Assembly (NCBI GenBank): GCA_964016885.1
Contig: OZ024743.1
Location: forward strand, 266,290,001 to 266,354,000
Length of the DNA: 64,000 bases
Source of the DNA: Eledone cirrhosa
Lineage: Eukaryota
Reading direction: 5' to 3'
Of this stretch, positions 1-10,876 are shown piece by piece. The position numbers were made by a program, and so were the translations under genes. The number at the start of each line of letters is the position of its first letter. Within the stretch, counting starts at the first letter, position 1. Under the pieces are notes generated by a model that worked only from the letters and a program-made list of their open reading frames with translations, did not search any database and was not told where the DNA came from.

Positions 1-1222
1 GCTATAAATGGAAGAAGAACCCCTCCCCTCCTCTCCTCTGGCTACACTATATAGGACAGCTAAACTCACCAACACCAGAAACTAGATACACCACCCACCC
101 CATCATCTGTGTACACTAAACACAACAGCCAGATAACGACACATTTTCACCTTCACCGCCACCGCTCACTACGGCCATCATTACCACCACTATCCCATCA
201 CCGCCGCCACCACCCCTTGACTCCGCTACAGCACCATCACTACAGTAATACGGTCACATCACCGCCACCACTGCCTCGGTATCGACATCACCACCACCAC
301 TGTCTCAGTATCGCTAACGCCGCCAGTCTCCCACTTCCCTGCTGGCTGCCACTTCCACATTATAGAATTCCTACTACTAACAAAGAGGAAGGCATCAAAA
401 TATATAGATAGACCCAAAAGAAAAAAGAAAAAACAAACAACAAAACCAAAGCAGCACAGCAACAACAGCAAAAAACGAGAAAAACAAACAGAGAAAAACA
501 AAAACAAAAAAAAGAAACCCCAAAAACGTAAAGAAAATATATTGTTATAAGGCTCAAAACGTAAAGAAAATATATTGTTATAAGGCTCAAAACGTAAAGA
601 AAATATATTGTTATAAGGCTCAAATATTCAAATATTCAACTTTGTATTGTACACTATATATCCCAAAAAAAAAAAAAAAAAATGGCTATAAATGGAAGAA
701 GAACCCCTCCCCTCCTCTCCTCTGGCTACACTATATAGGACAGCTAAACTCACCAACACCAGAAACTAGATACACCACCCACCCCATCATCTGTGTACAC
801 TAAACACAACAGCCAGATAACGACACATTTTCACCTTCACCGCCACCGCTCACTACGGCCATCATTACCACCACTATCCCATCACCGCCGCCACCACCCC
901 TTGACTCCGCTACAGCACCATCACTACAGTAATACGGTCACATCACCGCCACCACTGCCTCGGTATCGACATCACCACCACCACTGTCTCAGTATCGCTA
1001 ACGCCGCCAGTCTCCCACTTCCCTGCTGGCTGCCACTTCCACATTATAGAATTCCTACTACTAACAAAGAGGAAGGCATCAAAATATATAGATAGACCCA
1101 AAAGAAAAAAGAAAAAACAAACAACAAAACCAAAGCAGCACAGCAACAACAGCAAAAAACGAGAAAAACAAACAGAGAAAAACAAAAACAAAAAAAAGAA
1201 ACCCCAAAAACGTAAAGAAAAT
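1..1222 (+). repeat. 684-bp tandem unit (1.8 copies) ending in poly(A), with an internal 33-bp x3 minisatellite
   Basis: GCTATAAATGGAAGAAGAACCC occurs at 1 and 685; identical ORF-track peptides are offset by 684; A-run at 665-682; AAAACGTAAAGAAAATATATTGTTATAAGGCTC x3 at ~523-621; copy 2 is cut off at ~1222. Confidence 0.9.
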
Positions 1223-4200
1223 AAGAATGAAGAGAGAAGCAGGCGGACGGACAGAGAAGAGGGGGGAAAAAGTAAAACTTAAAAAACTAAAACTAAGTCA
1301 GACATTCGAACACTACATTACAATGAAACTTATGCTTATTCATTTCTGGGGCCCTTTCTGCCTGTGTGTTTGTTTGTTTATGTGTGTTCGTATACAGCGT
1401 GGTGATAATGCCACACAAGGGCCAAGTGGGATGGCGGATCCACAGATGGCTATGTAAACATACATTCGCCAATCCTCGATAAGAGTGTTTAAATATCGAA
1501 CATAAACAGTTCGAATAACGGTGAAATGGAGACTAGAACGTCATGTGACAGACTCTCACCCAACAGGTGCCCCCTGGCTCAGCAGCAGGAACCTGACTGT
1601 CAACCAAATACTGCTGATGTTGGAGGAAGGAGAAGAAGGAAAGGGGCCAGAACCAACTGGACGAAAGAATTGAATAGAACTGTTATGCAATGCTACCTGA
1701 AAAGTAACCCCAAGGAGAGGGGCTACAGGAGACGGATGCATAACATCTGGAACGAGATTGGTTTATTTAAATTAGATGAACAAAAATTGGCTGGGCAGGC
1801 TCGGGTAATAAGAACTAATGGGTGGATAAGCGAGCTGGAACTGGAGGAACTGAGCAGAGAGAATGGCTTGGAGATGGCGGGTGTAGTATGCCAGACAAGC
1901 GAGCCGGTGGGAAATGAAGGTGAGGAGGTCCTGAGAACGGAGGAACCACCCGAAGCAGACAATGATCTGAGTACTGAGATAAATAATACCTGGAACAGAG
2001 ATACGGCCACTGAGGAGATGAATGCTGACGGGCTAGGACAAGATTCGGTTGACATCCTAAATTTAGTGGTAGATGAATTGAACAATGATAGTGGGAGACC
2101 TATGAACCTAAGATTTGTAGACAGGAAAAAGTTAAAAGAAACAACAGCTAAGGTAAACAAAGTCATCCCATACCTTGAGGCGAGGAGCCTTCACCAGTGC
2201 AACAATATCCTCAGAGCAACAGCAAATACGGTGAGGAAACTACTTGGTATAAAAGCGAGAGGAAACAACAGACAAGAAAGAGCAGAGCCGTGGTGGAAGA
2301 AGCGACTGAGTGGGCAAATCGGGGAAATGAGAAATGACATAGGAAAGCTTGAGTCACTACTGAATGGGACACTAAAAAACATAGGCACTAAAAATAGACT
2401 GGAAATAAAATACAAAACTAGGAGTAAAAAGCTAAATATTATCATAGAGGAATTGAAGCAACGCATTGTAGCAAAGAGTGTAAAAATCAGGCGATACGAG
2501 AACAGAGTCAGCCAGTATAAACAGAACCGCATGTTCGACAACAACCAGAAGATGCTGTTTGGACAGCTTGAGGGCAAAGAAAGAGGCAACGACTTGATCC
2601 CTGGGGCGGAGCAAACTAAAACATTCTGGAGAGGAATATGGGAGCAGGATGTTAGACACAATGCCCAGGCAGGGTGGATTGAGACAGTACAGAGGGAGAT
2701 CGGTGAGCAGGCACAGCAACAGACTGATTTGAGTATCACAGTTGAAACTCTTAAGGGGCAAGCCAAAAAACTAACCAACTGGAAATCACCAGGCCCAGAT
2801 GGTGTGCAGGGGTATTGGATTAAACATCTAACATCCCTCCACCCGAAGCTGACGGCCATGTTCAATGACTGCTTGGTGCCGGGTGAGGTGCCAGAGTGGT
2901 TGACAAAAGGTACCACAGTTCTGATAATGAAAGACCGAATCAAGGGTAATGATGCTACCAACTATAGACCTATCACATGTCTGCCCGTAATGTGGAAACT
3001 GTTGACGAGCATTGTGTCTGAGGAAATCTACCATCACCTCCACACAAACAACTTGTTACCGGACGAACAGAAAGGATGCCGAAAGAAGTCACGTGGTACA
3101 AAGGACCAGTTGCTTATTGATAAGATGGTAATGGGGAATTGCAGGAGGAGACACACTGATCTTGCCATGGGATGGATAGACTACAGAAAGGCATTTGACA
3201 TGGTGCCTCATTCCTGGATCACCAAAAGCCTGGAGATCTTCAGGGTGGCAGATAACATCAGACAGTTGCTAGGCAGGAGTATGGGGTCCTGGGAGACAGA
3301 GTTGACATCAACTGGAGTATCCTTGGGAAGCGTGAAGATCAAGAGAGGTATCTTCCAGGGAGATAGCCTGTCCCCTCTGTTGTTTGTCCTTGCCCTGATG
3401 CCCTTGACCATTATGCTGCGAAAAGTGAGAGCAGGATACAAGTTGGGAAGGGGAGAGCTTACCATCAATCACCTCCTCTTCATGGACGATCTTAAGCTCT
3501 TCGGGAAAAGTGAGAAGGAGTTGGATGTGCTAGTTGACACTGTCCGTATTTTCAGCAGTGATATATGTATGCAGTTTGGTATTGGTAAATGTGGAATCAT
3601 TGTGATGAAGAGGGGTAGGTTGAGCAGAAGTAACGGGATCCAGATACCAACAGGTGAGATGATAAAGGAAATTGACTCTGAGGAAGGATACAAGTATTTG
3701 GGCGTTCTGGAGGCTGATGGCATAAAGAACAAAAAAATGAAGGAATTGTTAAGAACTGAATACATTCGGAGAGTAAGGAGCGTATTGAAGTCACATCTGA
3801 ACAGCAGAAATGCCATAAGCGCAGTAAATTCCCGAGCTGTATCTATTATTAGGTACAGTGCGGGAATTCTGAGATGGAATGTTGCTGAACAGAAAGAAAT
3901 GGATAGGAAGACTAGGAAGCTATTGACTATCTACAACATGTTCCACAAGAGGAGTGATGTCGATAGACTCTACCTAAGGAGATCTGAGAGTGGAAGAGGT
4001 CTTATCAGCATAGAGGACTGTGTTCAGATGGAGAAAAACAACCTATACAAATACGTGACCTATAGTAAGCAGCCAATGCTCAGAGCTGTACTGAAGGAGG
4101 GGACAGTAGGCCAGGGGATGTCCAGGGAGGAAATAACATCAAGGAGGAAGAGCAGCCTTAAGGGAAAACCCCTTCATAGTACCTTCTTTGAGAAAACTGA

Positions 4201-5031
4201 ATTTAGAGATCCACAGACATGGAAATGGTTGAGAAGAGGAGACCTCAAAAAGGCTACAGAAGGAATGCTAATGGCTGCGCAGGAGCAGGCCCTCAAAACG
4301 AAGTGGTTGAAGCACCATATCTACAAGGAGGAGGCCAGCCCACTGTGCAGGATCTGTGGAGAGAGAGAGGAGACTGTGGCTCACATTGTGTCCGAGTGTA
4401 AACACCTAGCCCAGACCCACTATAAGGGCTGGAGACACGATGTGATGGGCAGGGTGATCCACTGGCACCTGTGCAAAGTAAACAATCTACCACATTCTGA
4501 GAAATGGTATGAGCATAGGCCAGAGGCGGTGATGGAGAACAATCAGGTGAAGGTGCTGTGGGATTTTAGGATACAGACGGACAAAAAACTGGAACACAAT
4601 AGACCTGACCTGGTGGTTGTGGACAAAGAAAAAAGATCGTGCCTGATTGTGGATGTGGCCTGCCCGTTCGACACGAGAGTGCAAGAGAAGGAAAGGAAGA
4701 AAATTAACCGATACCAGGACCTAAAGTGGGAGGTGAAAAGGATTTGGAACTGCCATGAAGTCAAAGTGATCCCGATTGTCATAGGCGCACTGGGGACTAT
4801 CTCCAAAAGTTTCCAGGGATGGTTAAAGAAAATCGGCCCCTTCACGCTTTTTGGAACGCTTCAAAAGGCATGCTTGCTTGGAACAGCAAGAACCCTCCGA
4901 TACGTCCTGAATATCTGAGGCTGCAGGTAGTGGCTTGATATTCAATCCAACGGACTTTCCAGTTAACCAACATCAATGACTGAGATTCAAGGAATAACAA
5001 TAACAATAATAATAATAATAATAATAATAAT
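1223..5031 (+). mobile_element. R4/Dong-like non-LTR retrotransposon, family A, apparently full length
   Basis: Single RT+RLE ORF, short 3' UTR and (TAA)n tail at ~4993-5031; 5' boundary approximate. Confidence 0.88.
1526..4918 (+). CDS. Reverse transcriptase with CCHC zinc knuckle and restriction-like endonuclease (R4/Dong clade), uninterrupted 1130 aa
   Basis: KSPGPDG, NYRPITCL, QKGC, WIDYRKAFD, GIFQGDSLSP, FMDD; CRICG..ETVAHIVSEC; RHD; RPDLVVVD..DVACP; KINRYQDL; PIVIGALG. Confidence 0.95.
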   Translation: METRTSCDRLSPNRCPLAQQQEPDCQPNTADVGGRRRRKGARTNWTKELNRTVMQCYLKSNPKERGYRRRMHNIWNEIGLFKLDEQKLAGQARVIRTNGWISELELEELSRENGLEMAGVVCQTSEPVGNEGEEVLRTEEPPEADNDLSTEINNTWNRDTATEEMNADGLGQDSVDILNLVVDELNNDSGRPMNLRFVDRKKLKETTAKVNKVIPYLEARSLHQCNNILRATANTVRKLLGIKARGNNRQERAEPWWKKRLSGQIGEMRNDIGKLESLLNGTLKNIGTKNRLEIKYKTRSKKLNIIIEELKQRIVAKSVKIRRYENRVSQYKQNRMFDNNQKMLFGQLEGKERGNDLIPGAEQTKTFWRGIWEQDVRHNAQAGWIETVQREIGEQAQQQTDLSITVETLKGQAKKLTNWKSPGPDGVQGYWIKHLTSLHPKLTAMFNDCLVPGEVPEWLTKGTTVLIMKDRIKGNDATNYRPITCLPVMWKLLTSIVSEEIYHHLHTNNLLPDEQKGCRKKSRGTKDQLLIDKMVMGNCRRRHTDLAMGWIDYRKAFDMVPHSWITKSLEIFRVADNIRQLLGRSMGSWETELTSTGVSLGSVKIKRGIFQGDSLSPLLFVLALMPLTIMLRKVRAGYKLGRGELTINHLLFMDDLKLFGKSEKELDVLVDTVRIFSSDICMQFGIGKCGIIVMKRGRLSRSNGIQIPTGEMIKEIDSEEGYKYLGVLEADGIKNKKMKELLRTEYIRRVRSVLKSHLNSRNAISAVNSRAVSIIRYSAGILRWNVAEQKEMDRKTRKLLTIYNMFHKRSDVDRLYLRRSESGRGLISIEDCVQMEKNNLYKYVTYSKQPMLRAVLKEGTVGQGMSREEITSRRKSSLKGKPLHSTFFEKTEFRDPQTWKWLRRGDLKKATEGMLMAAQEQALKTKWLKHHIYKEEASPLCRICGEREETVAHIVSECKHLAQTHYKGWRHDVMGRVIHWHLCKVNNLPHSEKWYEHRPEAVMENNQVKVLWDFRIQTDKKLEHNRPDLVVVDKEKRSCLIVDVACPFDTRVQEKERKKINRYQDLKWEVKRIWNCHEVKVIPIVIGALGTISKSFQGWLKKIGPFTLFGTLQKACLLGTARTLRYVLNI

Positions 5032-6692
5032 AGGGCTATTATCCACTGTGAAGCAGTTCAGTGATGACATTAAAATAGAGTTTGGACTGGATAAATGCGC
5101 CAAAGCAACGTTCACCAGAGGAAAGCTGCTGAAGAGTTCAGACATTAATCTTGATCGGGGGAACGTGATAAGAGAGCTTGATCAAGAACAAACTTACAAA
5201 TATCTAGGTGTTTGTGAAGGAGACGGAATCAAGCACTCGACAATGAGGCAAAGGATAAGGAAGGAATGTTACCGCAGAGTCAGAGCAATCTTAAGAACGG
5301 AATTGAATGCAAGGAATAGGATCGATGCCATAAACACGCTTGCCATACCAGTAGTAACCTACAGTTACAATGTCATCAACTCGTCAAGCACAGAGATCCG
5401 TAGGCTCGATACAAAAATCCGAAAATTCTTAACCATGCACAGAATGCATCACCCTAAGGCAGACATAGATAGAATATATCTCCCTAGGAAAGAAGGAGGA
5501 CGTGGGTTAATCCAGTTAGACATTGCGTTGAAAACTGCAACAATTGGATTATCCACATATCTGAGGGAATCACATGATTGGATGATCAAACTCGTTTTGA
5601 AACACGAAAGCACCAAAAGATCTTATTCCATTACAAAAGATGCACAAAGATACAGTAATGGACTACAAATTTCAGAAGTCCCATTTACTGCTGAAATGGA
5701 AAACACAGAAAAAGCAAAGCAGGTAAAAGTAACTGTAAAGAAAGAACTGCTACAGAAACTGGCTAAGAAATGGCAAGAAAAGCCTCTGTATGGAAAATAC
5801 CCAGAGCGAGCTAACAATCCTGATGTTGACAAAACTTTAACTCATCAGTGGTTGGCATCCTCTGGACTGAAATCGGACACTGAAGGACTGATTATATCCG
5901 CACAAGATCAGTGTCTGCCAACAAAAAATTACCAAGCGAACATAATAAAAAATGGATGCAGCCCATTATGCCGTGTATGCAAAAAACAACCAGAGACCAT
6001 TGACCATATAATTTCAATGTGCAGTCCTATAGCTCCAACCGAATACCTAAACAGGCATGACAGAGCTGCACAATACATACATTGGATAATGTGTAAGCAT
6101 TTTGACCTGCCCCATCAAAAGAATTGGTGGGAGCATCAACCACCTCCCATACTTGAAAAAGATCACATCTCAATCTTGTGGAACTTTAGCATCCAAACAG
6201 ACCGAAAAATAGATGCAAATAGACCTGATATAATATTGAAGGACTTTCAAAGGAGGGTATGCCTGCTAATTGATATGTCTGTTCCAATAGACAAGAATGT
6301 ATCTATAAAAACATTTGAAAAATTGAGCAAGTATAAGGACCTGGAGATAGAAATTGGAAAAATGTGGAAATTGAGAACTAAAACAATACCAGTGGTTGTA
6401 GGCGCTCTGGGAATGATACCTAAGGGGTCTAACGACTACTTATCGCAAATCCCAGGAAACCCGCGTATAGGAGAAATACAAAAGATAGTACTAATGGGAA
6501 CTGCCCATATACTAAGGAAGATCCTGTCAATATAAGTACATCACATGTCTAAACACTAAGGATGCATGTGTGAATATGTGTGTTCTTTCTTGAACATGGC
6601 GGACCTTGTTGTCTCTTGAGGTCACTGGTTGTGACTTGGTGATAACTCGTATAAACATAAAGCAAGATAAATGCAAATAATAATAATAATAA
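5032..6692 (+). mobile_element. 5'-truncated R4/Dong-like element, family B
   Basis: Reading frame begins just after the xMDD position (FSDDIKIEFGLDKC); CRVCK..ETIDHIISMC, RHD, RPDIILKD, KLSKYKDL, PVVVGALG; stop at 6535; 3' UTR and (TAA)n tail. Confidence 0.9.
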
Positions 6693-7142
6693 TTCCAAAG
6701 AGGGTATGCCTGCTAATTGATATGTCTGTTCCAATAGACAAGAATGTATCTATAAAAACATTTGAAAAATTGAGCAAGTATAAGGACCTGGAGATAGAAA
6801 TTGGAAAAATGTGGAAATTGAGAACTAAAACAATACCAGTTGTTGTAGGCGCTCTGGGAATGATACCTAAGGGGTCTAATGATTACTTATCGGAGATCCC
6901 AGGAAACCCGCGTATAGGAGACATACAAAAGATAGTACTAATGGGAACTGCCCATATACTAAGGAAGATTCTGTCAATATAAGTACATCACAAGTCTAAA
7001 CACTAAAGATGCATGTGTGAGTATGTATGTTCTTTCTTGAACATGGCGGACCTTGTTGTCTCTTGAGGTCACTGGTTGTGACTTGGTGATAACTCGTATG
7101 AACATAAAGCAAGATAAATGCAACTGTAATAATAATAATAAT
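6693..7142 (+). mobile_element. Short 5'-truncated second copy of family B (RLE end and 3' UTR)
   Basis: Near-identical to ~6245-6692; ends in (TAA)n at ~7127-7142. Confidence 0.9.
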
Positions 7143-10100
7143 CCACCGGTGGTTATGTAACCATACATTCGCCAATCCTCGATAAGAGTGTTTAAATGTC
7201 GAACCTAAACAGTTCGAATAACGGTGAAATGGAGACTAGAACGTCATGTGACAGACTCTCACCCAACAGGTGCTCCCTGGCTCAGCAGCAGGGACCTGGC
7301 TGTCAGCCAAATACTGCTGGTGTCGGAGGAAGAAGAAGAAGGAAAGGGACCAGAACCAACTGGACGAAAGAATTGAATAGAACTGTTATGCAATGTTACC
7401 TGAAAAGTAACCCCATGGAGAGGGACTATAGGAAACGGATGCATAACATCTGGAACGAGATTAGTCTATTTAAATTAGATGAACAAAAATTGGCCGGGCA
7501 GGCTCGGGTAATAAGATCTAATTTAGTGGATAAGCGAGCTGGAACTGGAGGAACTGAGCAGAGAGATTAGCTTGGAGATGGAGGGTGGAGTATGCCAGGC
7601 AAACGAGCCAGTGGGAAATGAAGGTGAAGAGGTCGAGAGAACCGAGGAACCACCAGAAGCAGACAATGATCTGAATACTGAGATAAATAATACCTGGAAC
7701 AGAGATACGGCCACTGAGGAGATGAATGCTGACGGGCTAGGACAAGATTTGGTTGATATCCTAAATTTAGTGGTAGATGAATTGAACAATGATAGTGGGA
7801 GACCTATGAACCTAAGATTTGTATACAGGAAAAAGTTAAAAGAAACAACAGCTAGGGTAAACAAAGTCATCCCATACCTTGAGGCGAGGAGCCTTCACCA
7901 GTGCAACAATATCCTCAAAGCAACAGCAAATACGGTGAGGAAACTACTTGGTATAAAAGCGAGAGGAAACAACAGACAAGAAAGAGCAGAGCCTTGGTGG
8001 AAGAAACGACTGAGTGGTCAAATCAGGGAAATGAGAAATGACATTGGAAAGCTTGAGTCCCTACTGAATGGGACACTAAAAAACATAGACACTAAAAATA
8101 GACTGGAAATAAAGTACAGAACTAGGAGGAAAAAGCTAAATATTATCATAGAGGAACTGAAGCAACGCATTGTAGCAAAGAGTGCAAAAATCAGGCGATA
8201 CGAGAACAGAGTCAGTCAGTATAAACAGAACCGCATGTTCGACAACAACCAGAAGATGCTGTTTGGACAGCTTGAAGGGAAAGAAAGAGGCAACGACTTG
8301 ATCCCTGAGGCGGAACAAACTAAAACATTCTGGAGAGGAATATGGGAGCAGTGTGGATTGAGACAGTACAGAAGGAGATCAGTGAACAGGCACACCAACA
8401 AACTGATTTGAGTATCACAGTTGAAACTCTTAAGGGGTAGGCCAAAAAACTAACCAACTGGAAATCACCAGGCCCAGATGGTGTGCAGGGGTATTGGATT
8501 AAAAATATAACATCCCTCCACCCGAAACTGCCAACCATGTTCAATGACTGCTTGATGTCAGGTGAGGTACCAGAGTGGTTGAAAAAAGGTACCACAGTTC
8601 TGATAATGAAAGACCGAATCAAGGGTAATGATGTTACCAACTATAGACCTATCACATGTCTGTCCGTAATGTGGAAACTGTTGACGAGCATTGTGTCTGA
8701 GGAAATCTACCATCACCTCCACACAAACAACTTGTTACCGGACGAACAGAAAGGACGCCGAAAGAAGTCACGTGGTACAAAGGACCAGTTACTTATTGAT
8801 AAGATGGTATGGGGAATTGCAAGAGGAGACACACTGATCTTGCCATGGGATGGATAGACTACAGAAAGGCATTTGACATGGTGCCTCATTCTTGGATCAC
8901 CAAAAGCCTGGAGATCTTCAAAGTGGCAGATAACATCAGACAGCTGTTGGGCAAAAGTATGAGGTCCTGGGAAACAGAGTTGACATCAACTGGAGAATAC
9001 TTGGGATGCGTGAAGATCAAGAGAGGTATCTTCCAGGGAAATAATCTGTCCCCTCTATTGTTTGTCCTTGCCCTGATGCCCCTGACCAGTGTACTGCGAA
9101 AAGTGAGAGTAGGATACAGGTTGGGAAAGGGAGGATTTACCATCAATCACCTCCTCTTCATGGACGATCTTAAGCTCTTCGGGAAGAGTGAGAAGGAGTT
9201 GGATGTGCTTGTTGACACTGTCCGTATTTTCAGCAATGATATATGTATGCAATTTGGTATTAGTAAGTGTGGAGTCATTGTGATGAGGAGCAGAAGTAAC
9301 GGAATCCAGGTACCAACGAGTGAGATGATATAGGAAATTGACTCTGAAGAAGGATACAAGTATTTGGGCGTTCTGGAGGCTGATGACATCAAGAACAAAA
9401 AAATGAAAGAATTGATAAGAACTGAATACATTCGGAGAGTAAGGAGCGTATTAAAGTCACATCTGAACAGTAGGGATGCCATAAGTGCAGTAAATTCCCG
9501 AGCTGTGTCTATTATTAGGTACAGTGCGGGAATTCTGTGATGGAATGTTGCTGAACAGAAAGAAATGGATAGGAAGTCTAGGAAGCTATTGACTATCTAC
9601 AACATGTTCCACAAGAGGAGCGATGTCGATAGACTCTACTTAAGAAGATCTGAGGGTGGAAGAGGTTTATCAGCATAGAGGACTGTGTTCAGATGGAGAA
9701 AAACAACCTACACAAATACGTGACTGATAGTAAGGAGCCAATGCTCAGAACTGTACTGAAGGAGAGGACAATAGGCCAGGGGATGTCCAAAGAGGAAATA
9801 ACATCAAGGAGAAAGAGCAGCCTTCAGGAAAAATCCCTTCATAGTACCTTCTTTGAGAAAACTGAATTTAGAGATCCACAGACATGGAACTGGTTGAAAT
9901 TGAAAAGAGGAGACCTTAAAAAGGCTACAGAAGGAATGTTAATGGCTGCGCAGGAGCAGGCCCTCAAAACGAAGTGGTTGAAACACCATATTTACAAGGA
10001 GGAGGCTAGCCCACTGTGCAGGATCTGTAGAGAGAGAGAGGAGACCGTCGCTCACATTGTATCCAAGTCTAAACACCTAGCCCAGACTCACTATAAGGGC

Positions 10101-10690
10101 TGGAGACGTGATGTGATGGGTAGGGTGATCCACTGGCACCTATGTAAAGTAAACAATTTACCACATTCTGAGAAGTGGTATGAGCATAAGCCAGAGGCGG
10201 TGATAGAAAACGATCAGGTGAAGGTGATGTGGGATTTTAGGATACAGACGGACAAGAAACTGGAACACAATAGACCTGACCTGGTGGTTGTGGACAAAGA
10301 AAAGATATCGTGTCTGATTGTGGATGTGGCCTGCCCATTCGACACGAGAGTGCAAGAGAAGGAGAGGGAGAAAATTAACCGATACCAGGACTTAAAGTGG
10401 GAGGTAAAAAGGATTTGGAACTGCCATGAAGTCAAAGTGATCCCGATAGTCATAGGCGCACTAGGGACTATCTCAAAACGTTTCCAGGGATGGTTAAAGA
10501 AAATTGGCCCCTTCACGCTTTTTGGAACGCTTCAACAGGCATACTTGCTGGGAACAGCAAGAACCCTCCGATACGTCCTGAATATCTGAGGCTGCAGGTA
10601 GTGGCTTGATATTCATTTCAACAAACTTTCCAGTTAACTAACATCAATGACTGAGATTCAAAGTGTAATAACAACAATAATAATAATAAT
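7143..10690 (+). pseudogene. Degenerate near-full-length copy of R4/Dong family A
   Basis: Collinear with 1440-5031; ORF broken into 7196-7570, 7572-8411, 8483-8857, 8809-9333 and 9693-10589 by frameshifts and stops; (TAA)n tail. Confidence 0.92.
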
Positions 10691-10876
10691 TGTTTCTACT
10701 ATTGGCACAAGGCCAGAAATTACCACTACATTACTGGTACTTAATTTTATCGACCCCGTAAGGATGAAAGGCAAAGTTAACCTCGGTGGGATTTGAACTC
10801 AGAATGGCAAGGGCCGTAACTTTACGCGTCAAAGCATTGCGTCCGAACCTCTACCGATACTGCCAATCCACCGCCC
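10691..10876 (-). mobile_element. tRNA-derived SINE, family 1
   Basis: Minus strand reads GGGCGGTGGATTGGCAGTATCGG (A box), GAGTTCAAATCC (B box), core GCCTTTCATCCTTACGGGGTCGATAAAA, tail CTTGTGCCAATAGTAGAAAC(AAT/ATT)n. Confidence 0.88.

Noticed and set aside
109-411. His/Pro-rich 100-aa ORF and its duplicate at 793-1095
   Set aside because: GTG start and composition are explained by a CAC/CCA-rich strand; no domain is recognisable.
523-621. 33-bp repeats as a CRISPR array
   Set aside because: The repeats are contiguous with no spacers, there are no cas genes and the context is eukaryotic.
4976-5031. 519-aa ORF with a hydrophobic poly-Ile N-terminus resembling a signal peptide
   Set aside because: The Ile run is the (ATA)n junction joining family A's 3' UTR to a truncated family B copy; it is a chance in-frame fusion. 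The same applies to 6671-6982.
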